Shown here: in pieces, positions 25,601 through 35,929 of the stretch
How positions within the stretch are numbered: position 1 is the stretch's first letter
Layout of the letters: each line of letters starts with the position of its first letter
Source: Squalus acanthias
Taxonomy: Eukaryota
DNA: 64,000 nucleotides
NCBI GenBank assembly: GCA_030390025.1
Contig: CM059432.1
Location: 31,002,001 to 31,066,000, forward strand
Reading direction: 5' to 3'
Notes under the pieces: generated by a model
Told to the model about the DNA's origin: nothing
The model's input: the letters and a program-made list of their open reading frames with translations, nothing else
Database searches by the model: none
Program-made: the position numbers and the translations under genes

Positions 25601-27250
25601 CCCGATCTCTATCCAGTGACCTCTGCTCCATCTCCATCCAATGACCCCTGCGCCCAATAACTATCCAATGACCCCTGCTCCTGATCTCTATCCAATGACC
25701 CCTGCTCCCGATCTCTATCCAATGAACCCTGCTCCAGATCTCTATCCAGTGACGTCTGCTCCCGATCTCCATCTAATGACCCCTGCTCCAATAATGATCC
25801 AATGACCCCTGCTCCCGATCTCCATCTAATGACCCCTGCTCCTGATCTCTATCCAGTTACCTGTGCTCCCGATCTCTATCAAATGACCCCTGCTCCCGAT
25901 CTCCGTCCAATGACCTCTGCTCCCGATCTCTATCCAGTGACCTCTGCTCCCAATCCCTATCCAGTGACCCCTGCTCCCGATCTCTATCCAGTGACCCCTG
26001 CTCCCAATCTCTGTCCAGTGACCCCTGCTCCCGATCTCTGTCCAGTGACCCCTGCTCCCGATCTCTATCCAATGACCCCTGCTCCGGAGTCCATCCAATG
26101 ACCTCTGCTCCCAATCATTATAGAAACATAGAAACATAGAATCTAGGAGCAGGAGTAGGCCATTCGGCCCGTCGAGCCTGCTCCACCATTCAATACGATC
26201 ATGGCTGATCATCCAAATCCAGTACCCTGTCCCTGCTTTAATCCCCACAGTACACATATCCCACCCTACCCCCGTAACCCCATGTATTTAATTCACCCTA
26301 ACATATCCCATCCTATCCCCACATATTTAATCCCCCCCTAACACTAAGAGTCAATTTATCAAAGCCAAATCAACCTAACCCGCACATTTTTGGACTGTGG
26401 GAGGAAACCGGAGCACCCGGAGAAAACCCACGCAGACACGGGGAGAATGTGCAAACTCCACACAGACAGTCACCTGAGGTCAGATTCGAACCCAGGTCCC
26501 TGGCGCTGTGAGACACCAGTGCTAACCACTATGCCACCGTGTTGCCCTGCTCCCAATCTCTATCCAGTGACCTCTGCTGCGATCTCTATCCAATGACCCC
26601 TGCTCCTGATCTCTATCCAATGACCCCTGCTCCCAATAACTATCCAGTGACCTCTGCTCCCGATCTCTATCCAGTGACCTCTGCTCCCAATCTCTATCCA
26701 ATGACCACTGCTTCCGATCTCTATCCAATGACCCCTGCTCCCAATAACTATCCAGTGACCTCTGCTCCCGATCTCTATCCAATGACCCCTGCTCCCGATA
26801 ACTATCCAGTGACCTCTGCTCCCGATCTCTATCCAATGACCTCTGCTCCTGATCTCTATCCAATGACCTCTGCTGTCGATCTCTATCCAATGACCCCTGC
26901 TCCCAATCTCTATCTAGTGACTTCTGCTCCTAATTTTAATCCAGTGATCCCTGCTCCTCATCTTTATTCAGTGACCCCTGCTCCCAATTACTTTCCAGTG
27001 ATCAATATCCAGTGACCTCTGCTCCCAATCACTATCCAGTGATCTTTGCATCCAATTACAATCCCTTGACCCCTGCTCCTGATCTCTTTCCTGTGATCCC
27101 TAATGTCAAGCACTATCTATTGACCCCTGCTTTCAATTACTATCCAGTGGCCCTTGCTCCCAATTACTAACCAGTGAACCTTGCATGACCCCGGTCCTGA
27201 TCTCTATCCATTGATCCCTGCTCTCAATCACTATTCAGTAACCCTGCTTC
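16610..27250 (+). repeat. ~10.6-kb minisatellite, 27-bp unit (ccaatgacccctgctcccgatctctat) with 25-bp and aataac variants
   Basis: Directly visible tandem array of roughly 380 units, decaying at the right edge and containing duplicated multi-unit blocks. Confidence 0.98.
26120..26547 (-). mobile_element. HE1-type V-SINE inserted in the minisatellite
   Basis: Reverse complement of 1569-2001 with few differences. Confidence 0.9.
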
Positions 27251-27334
27251 CGCACATGGGTATCACTGGACAGAGAGCAGGTACAGGGACACTGTATGAT
27301 TTTTAATTTCCTTATGCCAGCAATACCATTTTTA

Positions 27335-28172
27335 AAATTCATTCACGGAATGTGGGTGTCGCTGGCAAGGCAAGCATTTATTGACCATCCTTAATTGCCC
27401 TTGAGTAGTTGGTGGTGAGCCGCCTTCTTGAACCGCTACAGTCCGTGTGGTGAAGGTACTCCCACAGTGCTGTTAGGGAGGGAGTTCCAGGAATTTGACC
27501 CAGCAACAATGAAGGAATGTCGATATATTTCCAAGTCAGGACAATGTATGACTTGGAGGGGAACTTGGAGGTGGTGGTGTTCCCATGCGCCTGCTGCTCT
27601 TGACCTTCTAGGTGGAGGAGGTCGCGGGATTTGAGAGCTGCTGTCAAAGAAGCCTTGGCGAGTTGCTGCAGTGCATCTTGTAGATGGTACACACTGCAGC
27701 CACGGTGGGCCGGTGGTGGAGGGAGTGAATGTTTAAGGTGGTGGATGCAGTGCCAGTCAAGCAGGCTGCTTTGTCCTGGATGGTGTCGAGCTTTTTGATT
27801 GTTATTAGAGCTGCACTCATCTAGACAAGTGGAGAGTATTCCATCACACTCCTGACTTGTGCCTTGTAGATGGTGGAAAGACTTTGGGGAGTCAGGAGGT
27901 GAGACACTTGCCGCAGAATACCCAGCATCTGACCTGTTCTTGTAGCCACAGTATTTATGTGGCTGGTCCAGTTAAGTTTCTGGAAAATGATGACCCCCTC
28001 CAGGATATTGATGGTGGGGGATTCAACAATGGAAATCCATTGAATGTCAAGGGGCGGTGGTTAGACTCTCTCTTATTGGAGATGGTCATTGCCTGGCACT
28101 TGTGTGGCACGAATGTTACTTGCCACTTATCAGCCCTAGCCTGAATTATTGTCCAGGTCTTGCTGCATGCCG
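27335..28172 (-). mobile_element. Family B LINE 3' fragment
   Basis: KWQVTFVPHKCQAMTISNKRE and the shared 3' UTR. Confidence 0.85.
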
Positions 28173-28604
28173 GCAATTGATGACTGCACCGAGGCCATTT
28201 GTAGAGATCTTACCTGAGACATGTTAACTCAGCACAACCCGGGGTCGACCCTGGGTCCATCTTAGTCTGCATCGCTCGGCTCCAGACTGCGGCAGTGAAT
28301 TTACATCAGGGAGCTCAGCCACTCATTGCTTATTCCGAATGTAGGACTGTAGTTTCATGGTAAAACTTGCCCCTTCCCACACCCCAGCCCTCTTGGCAAT
28401 GGCAATTGCTGAGTCCAAAGACTGACAAAATAATTACAGCACTGTGACAAGCAGAAAAGAGTAATGCTTTGAGTTGAAGTTGCTGTAATCTGCCAGCCAG
28501 ACTGAGGCAGGCTAGTCAAAGAAGAAACTCATCAGCTCTTACCTGTATGGGGTTAAGAAAAGAAATCACCTTGGATCATCAGAAAATAGAACTAATTGAA
28601 GCAG

Positions 28605-28910
28605 TAATACAAAAGCAAAATACTGCAGATGCTGGAAATCTGAAATAAAAACAAAAAAATGGTGGAAATACTCAGCAGGTCAGGCAGCATCTGTGGAGAG
28701 AGAAACAGAGTTAACATTTCAGGCCAATGGCCTTTCGTCAGAACTGGGAAAAGTTAGAGATGTGACAGATTTTAAGCAAGTGCAGGGGCAGTGAAAGGCA
28801 GGAGGGGAGGAAAGAAAAAGGGAAGGTCTGTGATAGGATGGAAGGCAGGAGTGATTAAATGACAAAAGGTATGATTGTACAAAGCAAAAGGAGATGGTAA
28901 CGGGAGTAAT
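28605..28910 (-). mobile_element. Terminal-repeat fragment of a second Penelope-like family
   Basis: aaatactgcagatgctggaaatctgaaataaaa..cagcatctgtggagagagaaacagagttaac.. surrounding a hammerhead motif. No ORF. Confidence 0.7.
28709..28745 (-). ncRNA. Minimal hammerhead ribozyme motif (second family)
   Basis: Minus strand AGUU-CUGACGA-A-AGGCC-AUU-GGCCU-GAAA-UG-UU-AACU: stems I and II and the core are intact. Confidence 0.8.
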
Positions 28911-29081
28911 TGAAGCAAGTTGTTTCACTCATTCTGCTGGTTCCTACAGATAGTGGGACTCTTGAATACAGTAGGACCAAGGGACAAGGTGTGCCGACAG
29001 CATGTGACAGAATGCCTGTATCAGTGTTTGCTATGGCAACAGCTAATTTTGACTTGGTGGTAGCTGCATCAGGAGTTCACC

Positions 29082-29102
29082 ATCTCTCTCTTTCTCTCTC
29101 TC

Positions 29103-29133
<31 letters not shown>

Positions 29134-29203
29134 ATCTGCCTCTCTCTCTCCTTCTCTCAGTGTCTCTGTCTCTGCCTCTCTCTCTCTCTCTCACACACAC
29201 ACA
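29082..29203 (+). repeat. (CT)n/(CA)n microsatellite
   Basis: Directly visible. Confidence 0.9.
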
Positions 29204-29369
29204 TATTCATGCTCCTGTCAGTCTCTGCTCTCTTCATGTGTTTCTCGGGTAATTTTCCAACTTTTTGATGCCGCTGGAGACCCTCACGGGGTTTCCATAT
29301 CAGAAATTCCGGCAATTTTCTGACTATTGAAGTTGCACAAATCTAAATTCCTGATATGTACAGATGAGG

Positions 29370-30370
29370 CTCCCTCCTATATCTATCTCTCTATCGCTGT
29401 GTGTCTACTTCTCTATAACTCAATCTGTATACATTTATTCATCCCTCTGTATGTAGCTATCTGTTTACCCTATTTGTTTTGGTATATTGATGTAGTCATT
29501 GCTTAAATCCATATATAAGCTAATTTGTATATAATGCTATCTTCCTCTGTGTATCAATTTGCCTCTCTCCAGGTCTATGTATTTATCTTTGTATCTTTTT
29601 CTCCAGCTGTATCTGTCTATCTGTTGTATACCTTTAATTCTGTTTCACTATTTATCTATTTCTTTCTGGATCTCCCATCTATCTATCTCTGCACATTTAC
29701 CAATATCTATCTCATCTATTTATCTGTGTCTCGATCTTTCTGTGTATGTATCTATATGCCAATACTTTTATATCTATCTATATGTGGCTATAGCCACTTA
29801 TTTATTCTGAAGCTTTATTTGTATCTGTCTGTGTATGTTTTGCTTTCTGTGTCTAACTGTACACAGCTTTATTTATATCCATTTATCTCCAACTCAATCT
29901 CTCTAGCCGTATCCATCTTACTGTAAAAAGTTTTATCCATCTTTCTCTATATGTATCTCTCTCTTTATGTATCTCTCTACCTGTCTCTACTTATATCTGC
30001 TTGTATCAATCAATCAATTATGTACCTCTATTTGCATCTACCTCTACTTTTTATTCTATATCCATCCCAAGCTGTGTTCATTTCCAACTGTATCTCTCAC
30101 TATTGCTCTATATCTATTTCGATTAATCTACTTATCTATCTCTATCTACTCTATATTTATATCACTAGCTATCGAGCTATCTTTATCTATCTCTAATTGC
30201 CTATCTATCTACCTATCTATCTCTATCAATATCTATCTCTGTCTATCAATATCCAGCTATCTTGCTATCTCTCTCTCTATTCTTTATCTATATACAGACC
30301 TATTTTGGTACTACCTAGCTACCTTCATCTGCTTAAATGTCTCCCAATCTCTGGATGTATTTCTTTAAAA
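29370..30370 (+). repeat. Degenerate (TATC/TCTA)n low-complexity tract
   Basis: Pyrimidine-rich decayed tatc repeats that produce spurious Leu/Tyr/Ser ORFs. Confidence 0.85.
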
Positions 30371-30967
30371 TTTTTATGTCCTACATTTGATTCTGTTTTC
30401 TGTTGCATATTAGGTTGGATTTGGTGTCAGAGTGAAAATGATCAGATGCTGATTGAAATCCTTTTAGTGTTGCAGCCACTTCAGGGCATATTGGACTCAT
30501 TAATCATCTCTTATCTGAGGCTTATTGCGGGGAGCCTGTCCTTCCACTTAACACAAACAGCCACTTTCTCCTGCAGTTACTTTTTTTAGCAGAATTGACA
30601 CGTTCTTTAACATCACTAAAGAGGGACAGCTGCTGGACTTGGCTGCCATCTTCAAAAGTGGCCCCATCACCTGGTAGCACAATGCAGTGGTAATGTAAAC
30701 TAGCACAGTGCATCTTGGCAAAGAGTCTGTCTTCAGACACAGTCTGGTTCACACTGCATTTCTCAAAGCTTATCTCTTTGACCAAGTTTCTAGTCGCCCC
30801 TCCTAATCTCTCCCTTCCTGGCTCAGCATTTGTGTTTCTTATGACTATTAAGCGCTTTCGGGCATATTCCTTACATTAAAGGTGCTATATAAATAAAGGA
30901 CTCTGCATAGCCCAGTGGCCCTCCAATATCACCCCCAAGTGGCAATTCCTTATATATGAATATAGGT

Positions 30968-31575
30968 AAGAAAGAAAGCAAGACTTGCATTTATATAGCA
31001 TCTCTCATGACCTCAGGACATCCCAAAGCACTTTACAATGAAGTACTTTTGAAGTGTAGTCACTGTTGTAATGTAGGAAACACAGCAGCCAATTTACACA
31101 CAGCAAGGTCCCACAAACAGCAATGAGATAATGACTAAATAATCTGATTTAGTAATTTGGTTGAGGGATAAATATTGGCCAGGACACCAGGGAGAACGAA
31201 AATGAACAAGGTCGTCCTCCCCACTGACCTGGCCAATATTTATCCCTCAACCAACATCACTATATATATATATATACCTTGTTATCGATTTGTATTCCCT
31301 CACTGTGCCTGACGAAGGAGCAGAGCTCCGAAAGCTCGTAATTTCAAATAAAACTGTTGGACTATAACCTGGTGTTGTGCGACTTCTCATTTTTGTCCAC
31401 CCCAGTCCAACACCGGCATCTCCGCATCAACATCACTAATGTGAGAGCTTGCTGTGTACAAATGAGCTGCATTACAACAATGACTACACTTCAAAAGTAC
31501 TTTATTGGCTGTAAAGCATTTTTAGACATTCCAAGGTCATGACAGACACTATATAAATGCTAATTCTTTCTTTCT
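30968..31575. mobile_element. Two Deu-SINE 3' halves in opposite orientation (30968-31197 minus, 31228-31575 plus)
   Basis: Both match the SINE at 50-362. The plus copy is interrupted at 31263-31427. Confidence 0.8.
31263..31427 (+). mobile_element. Short Penelope 3' terminus with hammerhead motif (31306-31340)
   Basis: tgc-ctgacga-a-ggagc-aga-gctcc-gaaa-gc-tc-gta followed by sequence nearly identical to 7713-7798. 11-bp TSD caacatcacta (31252-31262, 31428-31438). Confidence 0.88.
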
Positions 31576-31954
31576 TCTGAAATTATAATGTTACCAGCAA
31601 TGCCTTAACTGAGATCTGTTAACTTGACATCCATCCTGGATAGAGGTGTCGCCTGCAATTTGAACCTTATGTGCGAAATAGCCACTCTGTTGACTCCGTC
31701 CCCTGGTCAGCATCCTTGGGACTCAAGGGCAGACACCAATCTTGTAGACATCACGTTACGAGTGTTTCCTATCCTCCAGATCAGCATTTAAAAAAAGGTA
31801 ACAAATAAATGATGCTCCAAATTCATCCCCTGAGGGCATGCCAAATAAATTTGTATCAAATTGTGTAATTCATATATTCCTTCCTATTGCCCAATCAAAC
31901 ATGATGCATTTACTCATTAAATCATTGCAGAAACTACCCATTCACTCAAGTTAA

Positions 31955-32360
31955 AAGAAAGACATCAGGACGTCTCAAAGCATTTTACAGCCAATTAAAT
32001 CCTCTTCGGAAGTGTCATCATTGCTGTAATGAAGGGAAACCAACAGCCATTTTGCGCACAGCAAGGTCCCGGAAATAGCAATGTGGTAATGACTAGATCA
32101 TCTGTTTTTAGGTGTTGGTTGGAGGATAAATATTGGCCAGGACACCAGGGAGAACTCCCCTGCTTTTCTTTGAAATAATGCAATGCGAACTTTTACGAAC
32201 ACCGGAGACAGCAGTTTAAGCGTCGCATCCAAAAGACAGCACCTCCAACAGTGCAGCACTCCCTCAGTACTGCACTGAAGTGCCAGCCTAGATTTCATGC
32301 TCACAACCCACAATCTTTTGACTCAGAAGCGAGAGTGATACCAACTGAGCCATGGCTGAC
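31955..32360 (-). mobile_element. Deu-domain SINE, near full length
   Basis: tRNA-like head at ~32320-32360, Deu core and L2-type tail. Confidence 0.82.
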
Positions 32361-32495
32361 ACACTGTTAAATTCCATTCTAACCCAAAGATCCAATTTTC
32401 AGGAGCTGGTCCAATTAACTTAATTTGCGTGGCAGGCCTAACCCAAATAGAAAATCAGAGCACTCAACACCATTTACTACACTGTGTATAAATTA

Positions 32496-32545
32496 CTGGT
32501 GTTGTGCGACTTCTCATTTTTGTCCACCCCAGTCCAACTCTGCAT
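32496..32545 (+). mobile_element. 50-bp Penelope extreme 3' fragment
   Basis: ctggtgttgtgcgacttctcatttttgtccaccccagtccaac matches 7740-7782. Flanked by the 9-bp direct repeat tataaatta. Confidence 0.8.
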
Positions 32546-33094
32546 TATAAATTATCAGCCTGGGGTGATCTCTTATCCAATTGTAATGTTAATTGACAGG
32601 TCTGTGATGTGTTTGTCGGAGTTCAGTTGTATTTGTTATCTGGGTGAAATAGCCAGCTGACTTGCCTTAACAAACAACAGGAAGTCTGCCCTAAAGGCAA
32701 TCCTTCTAATGGAGGCTTCACAAATCCAGTACCCTGGTATTGTTTGAGCCTGATAAATGATTATATTTTTTCCCCCATGAATTTTATACTCCAACCAATG
32801 CTTTACCTATTGCGAATGACTGGAGATGGAACACTGGATTCGGATTAAATCTAGAGCAGCCTTTTAGCATCAGGTATCTAGACTTGATTCCAAATAGATT
32901 TCTATTTGTAGTCTGTAAGCAGGTTTTGTTTTTAAATAGTCAGTCGAGCTGAACGTGAAGCTTTAGAGCAGCCTCCAGAGCTTTGCTGGCTTTGCGTTGC
33001 TTAGGAAATGGTCTGTAACATGGGTTGGCAATCATAATTACCGTTACCAATAGCAGGTGGGGGCAGTGATGAGAGTGTAACTACTAAAGCAAAA

Positions 33095-35170
33095 GGGATA
33101 GACAGAGAGCTACCAGAAGAGAGGAAAGACATAGAGATACTGAGTAAGTGCAAGAGACAGAGATAGATACAAAGGGAGAGTAAGAGACAGAAATACTGAC
33201 AGAGGGCATGAGACAGAGAGTTACTAAGAGAGAGCAAGAGACACAGATACCGATAGAGCAAAAGACAGATACAAGAGAATAAGAAAGATATACTGAGAGA
33301 GAGCAAGAGCCAAAGATACTGAGACAGAGCAAGAGAGATACCGAAAGAGAGAGAAAGAGAGTGATATCGTGAGTGAGCAAGAGACAGAGAGATACAGATA
33401 GTGATACAGATAGAGAGCAACAGACCGAGATACTGAAAGAGAGCAAGAGTCAGAGATACCGAGAGAAAGAGACAGAGATACCGAGAGAAAGAGACAGAGA
33501 TACCGAGAGAGCAAGAGACAAAGAGATACTGAGAGAGCAAGAGACAGAGATACTGAGAGAGCAAGAGACAGAGATACCAAGCGAAAGAGACAGAGATACC
33601 GAGAGAGCAAGAGACAGAGATACTGAGAGAGCAAGAGACAGATCCCAAGACAGCAAGAGACAGATACCAAGAGAGCAAGAGACAGAGATACCGAGAGAGC
33701 AAGAGACAGAGATACCAAGAGAGCAAGAGACAGATACCGAGAGAGCAAGAGACAGAGAGATACTGAGAGAAGGCAAGAGACAGAGATACTGAGAGAGCAA
33801 GAGACAGATACCAAGAGAGCAAGAGACAGATACCGAGAGAGCAAGAGACAGAGATACCGAGAGAGCAAGAGACAGATACCGAGAGAGCAAGAGACAGATA
33901 CCGAGAGAGCAAGAGACAGATACCGAGAGAGCAAGAGACAGAGATACCGAGAGAGCAAGAGACAGAGATACCGAGAGAGCAAGAGACAGAGATACCGAGA
34001 GAGCAAGAGACAGATACCGAGAGAGCAAGAGACAGAGAGATACTGAGAGAAGGCAAGAGACAGAGATACTGAGAGAGCAAGAGACAGATACCAAGAGAGC
34101 AAGAGACAGATACCGAGAGAGCAAGAGACAGAGATACTGAGAGCAAGAGACAGAGATACTGAGAGAGAGCAAGAGACAGAGATACCGAGAGAGAGCAAGA
34201 GACAGAGATACCGAGAGAGAGCAAGAGACAGAGATACCGAGAGAGCAAGAGACAGATACTGAGAGAGAGCAAGAGACAGAGATACCGAGAGAGCAAGAGA
34301 CAGATACTGAGAGAGAGCAAGAGACAGAGATACTGAGAGAGAGCAAGAGACAGAGATACCGAGAGAGCAAGAGACAGATACCGAGAGAGAGCAAGAGACA
34401 GAGATACCGAGAGAGCAAGAGACAGATACTGAGAGAGAGCAAGAGACAGAGATACTGAGAGAGAGCAAGAGACAGAGATACTGAGAGAGCAAGAGACAGA
34501 GATACTGAGAGAGAGCAAGAGACAGAGATACCGAGAGAAAGAGACAAAGAGATACTGAGAGTAAGACAGATACCAAGAGAAAGAGACAGATACAACTAGA
34601 GAGCAAGGGAGAGAGATACCAAGACAGCAAGAGACAGAGATACTGAGAGAGAGAGAGATACCGAGAAAGAGCAAGAGACAGAGAGATACTGAGAGAAGGC
34701 AAGAGACAGAGAGATAGCAAGAGTGAGACAGAGATACTGAGAGAATAAGAGACAAAGAGGTATCGACAGAGTAATAGACAGCAAGATACTGAGAGAGCAA
34801 GAGACAGATTGAGAGAGTAATAGAGACCAAAACTAAGAGAGGAAAGACCAGGAAAAAGAGATAGAGAAAAAATATATATAGAGAGAGTAAGAAACAAAGA
34901 GAAAATGGGACACAATAGCAGAGACAATAACTGAGAGACTGAAAAATAGAGTAATAGCCAGAGCAGGACCAGGAGATAGAGAAAGCCTGAGAGAGATTGA
35001 AAAAGATAGAGCCAGGGAGAAAGAAACAAACATCAACAGATAGGGTGAAGGGGAGCAAAACAAAGGCAGACAGAGAGAAAGAAACTAGACTAGGGGTTAA
35101 GAGAGGGAGCCTGAGAAAGAGGGAGCCTGAGAAAGAGGGAGCTAGAGGGGGAACTAAGAGATAGAAACAG
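33095..35170 (+). repeat. ~2-kb GA-rich tandem repeat, unit ~22-26 bp (gagagagcaagagacagagatacc/t)
   Basis: Directly visible: homogeneous core ~33480-34540 with decayed flanks. Confidence 0.96.
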
Positions 35171-35299
35171 AAAGACCAAGGAATACACAGTATGTGTAAG
35201 AAAGAGATGGGCTGATGTGTAGTTAGGTGAATATAGAGGCAGAAGAGGGAGCACAGATCGAAAGAGAACTAATAACATATTTAATAAGTAGGGGAGTGG

Positions 35300-35558
35300 C
35301 AGAGGACACTGGCTGAAACTCAGTGCACAAACCTCAAATTCGCGATATATTTGATCAGGCGTAGGCAGCTGCAGCATTCCCATTGGCCAAAGAGGTGTTG
35401 CGAATCTAACGGAGAGGTGAGGCTTTAAACCGAGAAGCTCCTCGCACATCTCAGGAGGGAGAGAGAGGAGAGAGCCGCTGTAAACTGCAACAACAAAAGA
35501 AAACACACACACACACACACACCCCGGCTCAACTACAGTCCCGATTTCAACCTGCACC
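35300..35558 (+). promoter_or_regulatory. Putative CRHR2 proximal promoter / 5' UTR
   Basis: Unique, relatively CpG-containing sequence directly before the ATG. Inverted CCAAT (ATTGG ~35383), TATA-like tttaaa ~35424, (CA)n at ~35503-35522. The transcription start cannot be fixed from sequence. Confidence 0.5.
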
Positions 35559-35676
35559 ATGGACTCTACAATCTTTCAGATCATCATCGACGAGTTTGAC
35601 CCCAACTGCAGCCTGATAGACGCTTTCCAGGACCATTTCTATGAAACTGATCCCGTCCCTTTTGTCGATATCACTG
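35559..35676 (+). CDS. CRHR2: CRF receptor 2, first coding exon (alpha-type N-terminus): MDSTIFQIIIDEFDPNCSLIDAFQDHFYETDPVPFVDIT(G)
   Basis: Strong Kozak context (gcaccATGG). The translation closely resembles the amphibian CRF2 N-terminus as I recall it (MDSTIFEIIIDEFDANCSLLDAFQD). Ends at a G|gtagga donor in phase 1 (118 nt). Not in the ORF track because it is short. Confidence 0.93.
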
Positions 35677-35809
35677 GTAGGACAGTCTAACCCGGGCAAG
35701 AAATTGTAGATTTAACTTGTGGACTCTCAGCTATTTGATTTTTTTTTCTTCCTGTCACCCTTTTCTCATTTTAATTCTATATATATATTTTTTACAACCT
35801 CCTCCAAAG

Positions 35810-35929
35810 GTGTTTATTGCAACTCAACAACCGATCAAATAGGAACTTGCTGGCCGAGGACTACAGCGGGGCAGCTTGTGGCGAGACCTTGTCCCGAGTT
35901 CTTCAATGGGATCAAGTACAATACGACAA
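35810..35929 (+). CDS. CRHR2: CRF receptor 2, exon 2 (class B GPCR hormone-binding domain): (G)[39 protein letters not shown]
   Basis: Pyrimidine-rich acceptor ending ccaaag|, 120-nt phase1-phase1 exon, donor A|gtaaga. Carries the CRF-receptor motif C..DQIGTCWP....G.LV.RPCP..FNG..YNTT and splices in frame with exon 1. Confidence 0.95.

Noticed and set aside
16823..27015. Dozens of repetitive ORFs as real proteins; array as a CRISPR
   Set aside because: Pure tandem repeats with no unique spacers and no cas genes in a vertebrate context. The ORFs follow from the 27-bp period.
29525..30589. Hydrophobic ORFs resembling membrane proteins
   Set aside because: Derived from the decayed TATC microsatellite.
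33001..35058. 685-aa and 601-aa Leu/Ser/Cys-rich ORFs on the minus strand
   Set aside because: Translations of the (CT)-rich strand of the GA repeat; open in several frames with no domain structure.
35090..35560. 156-aa antisense ORF over the CRHR2 promoter
   Set aside because: Low-complexity translation of GA and CA repeats with no recognisable homology.
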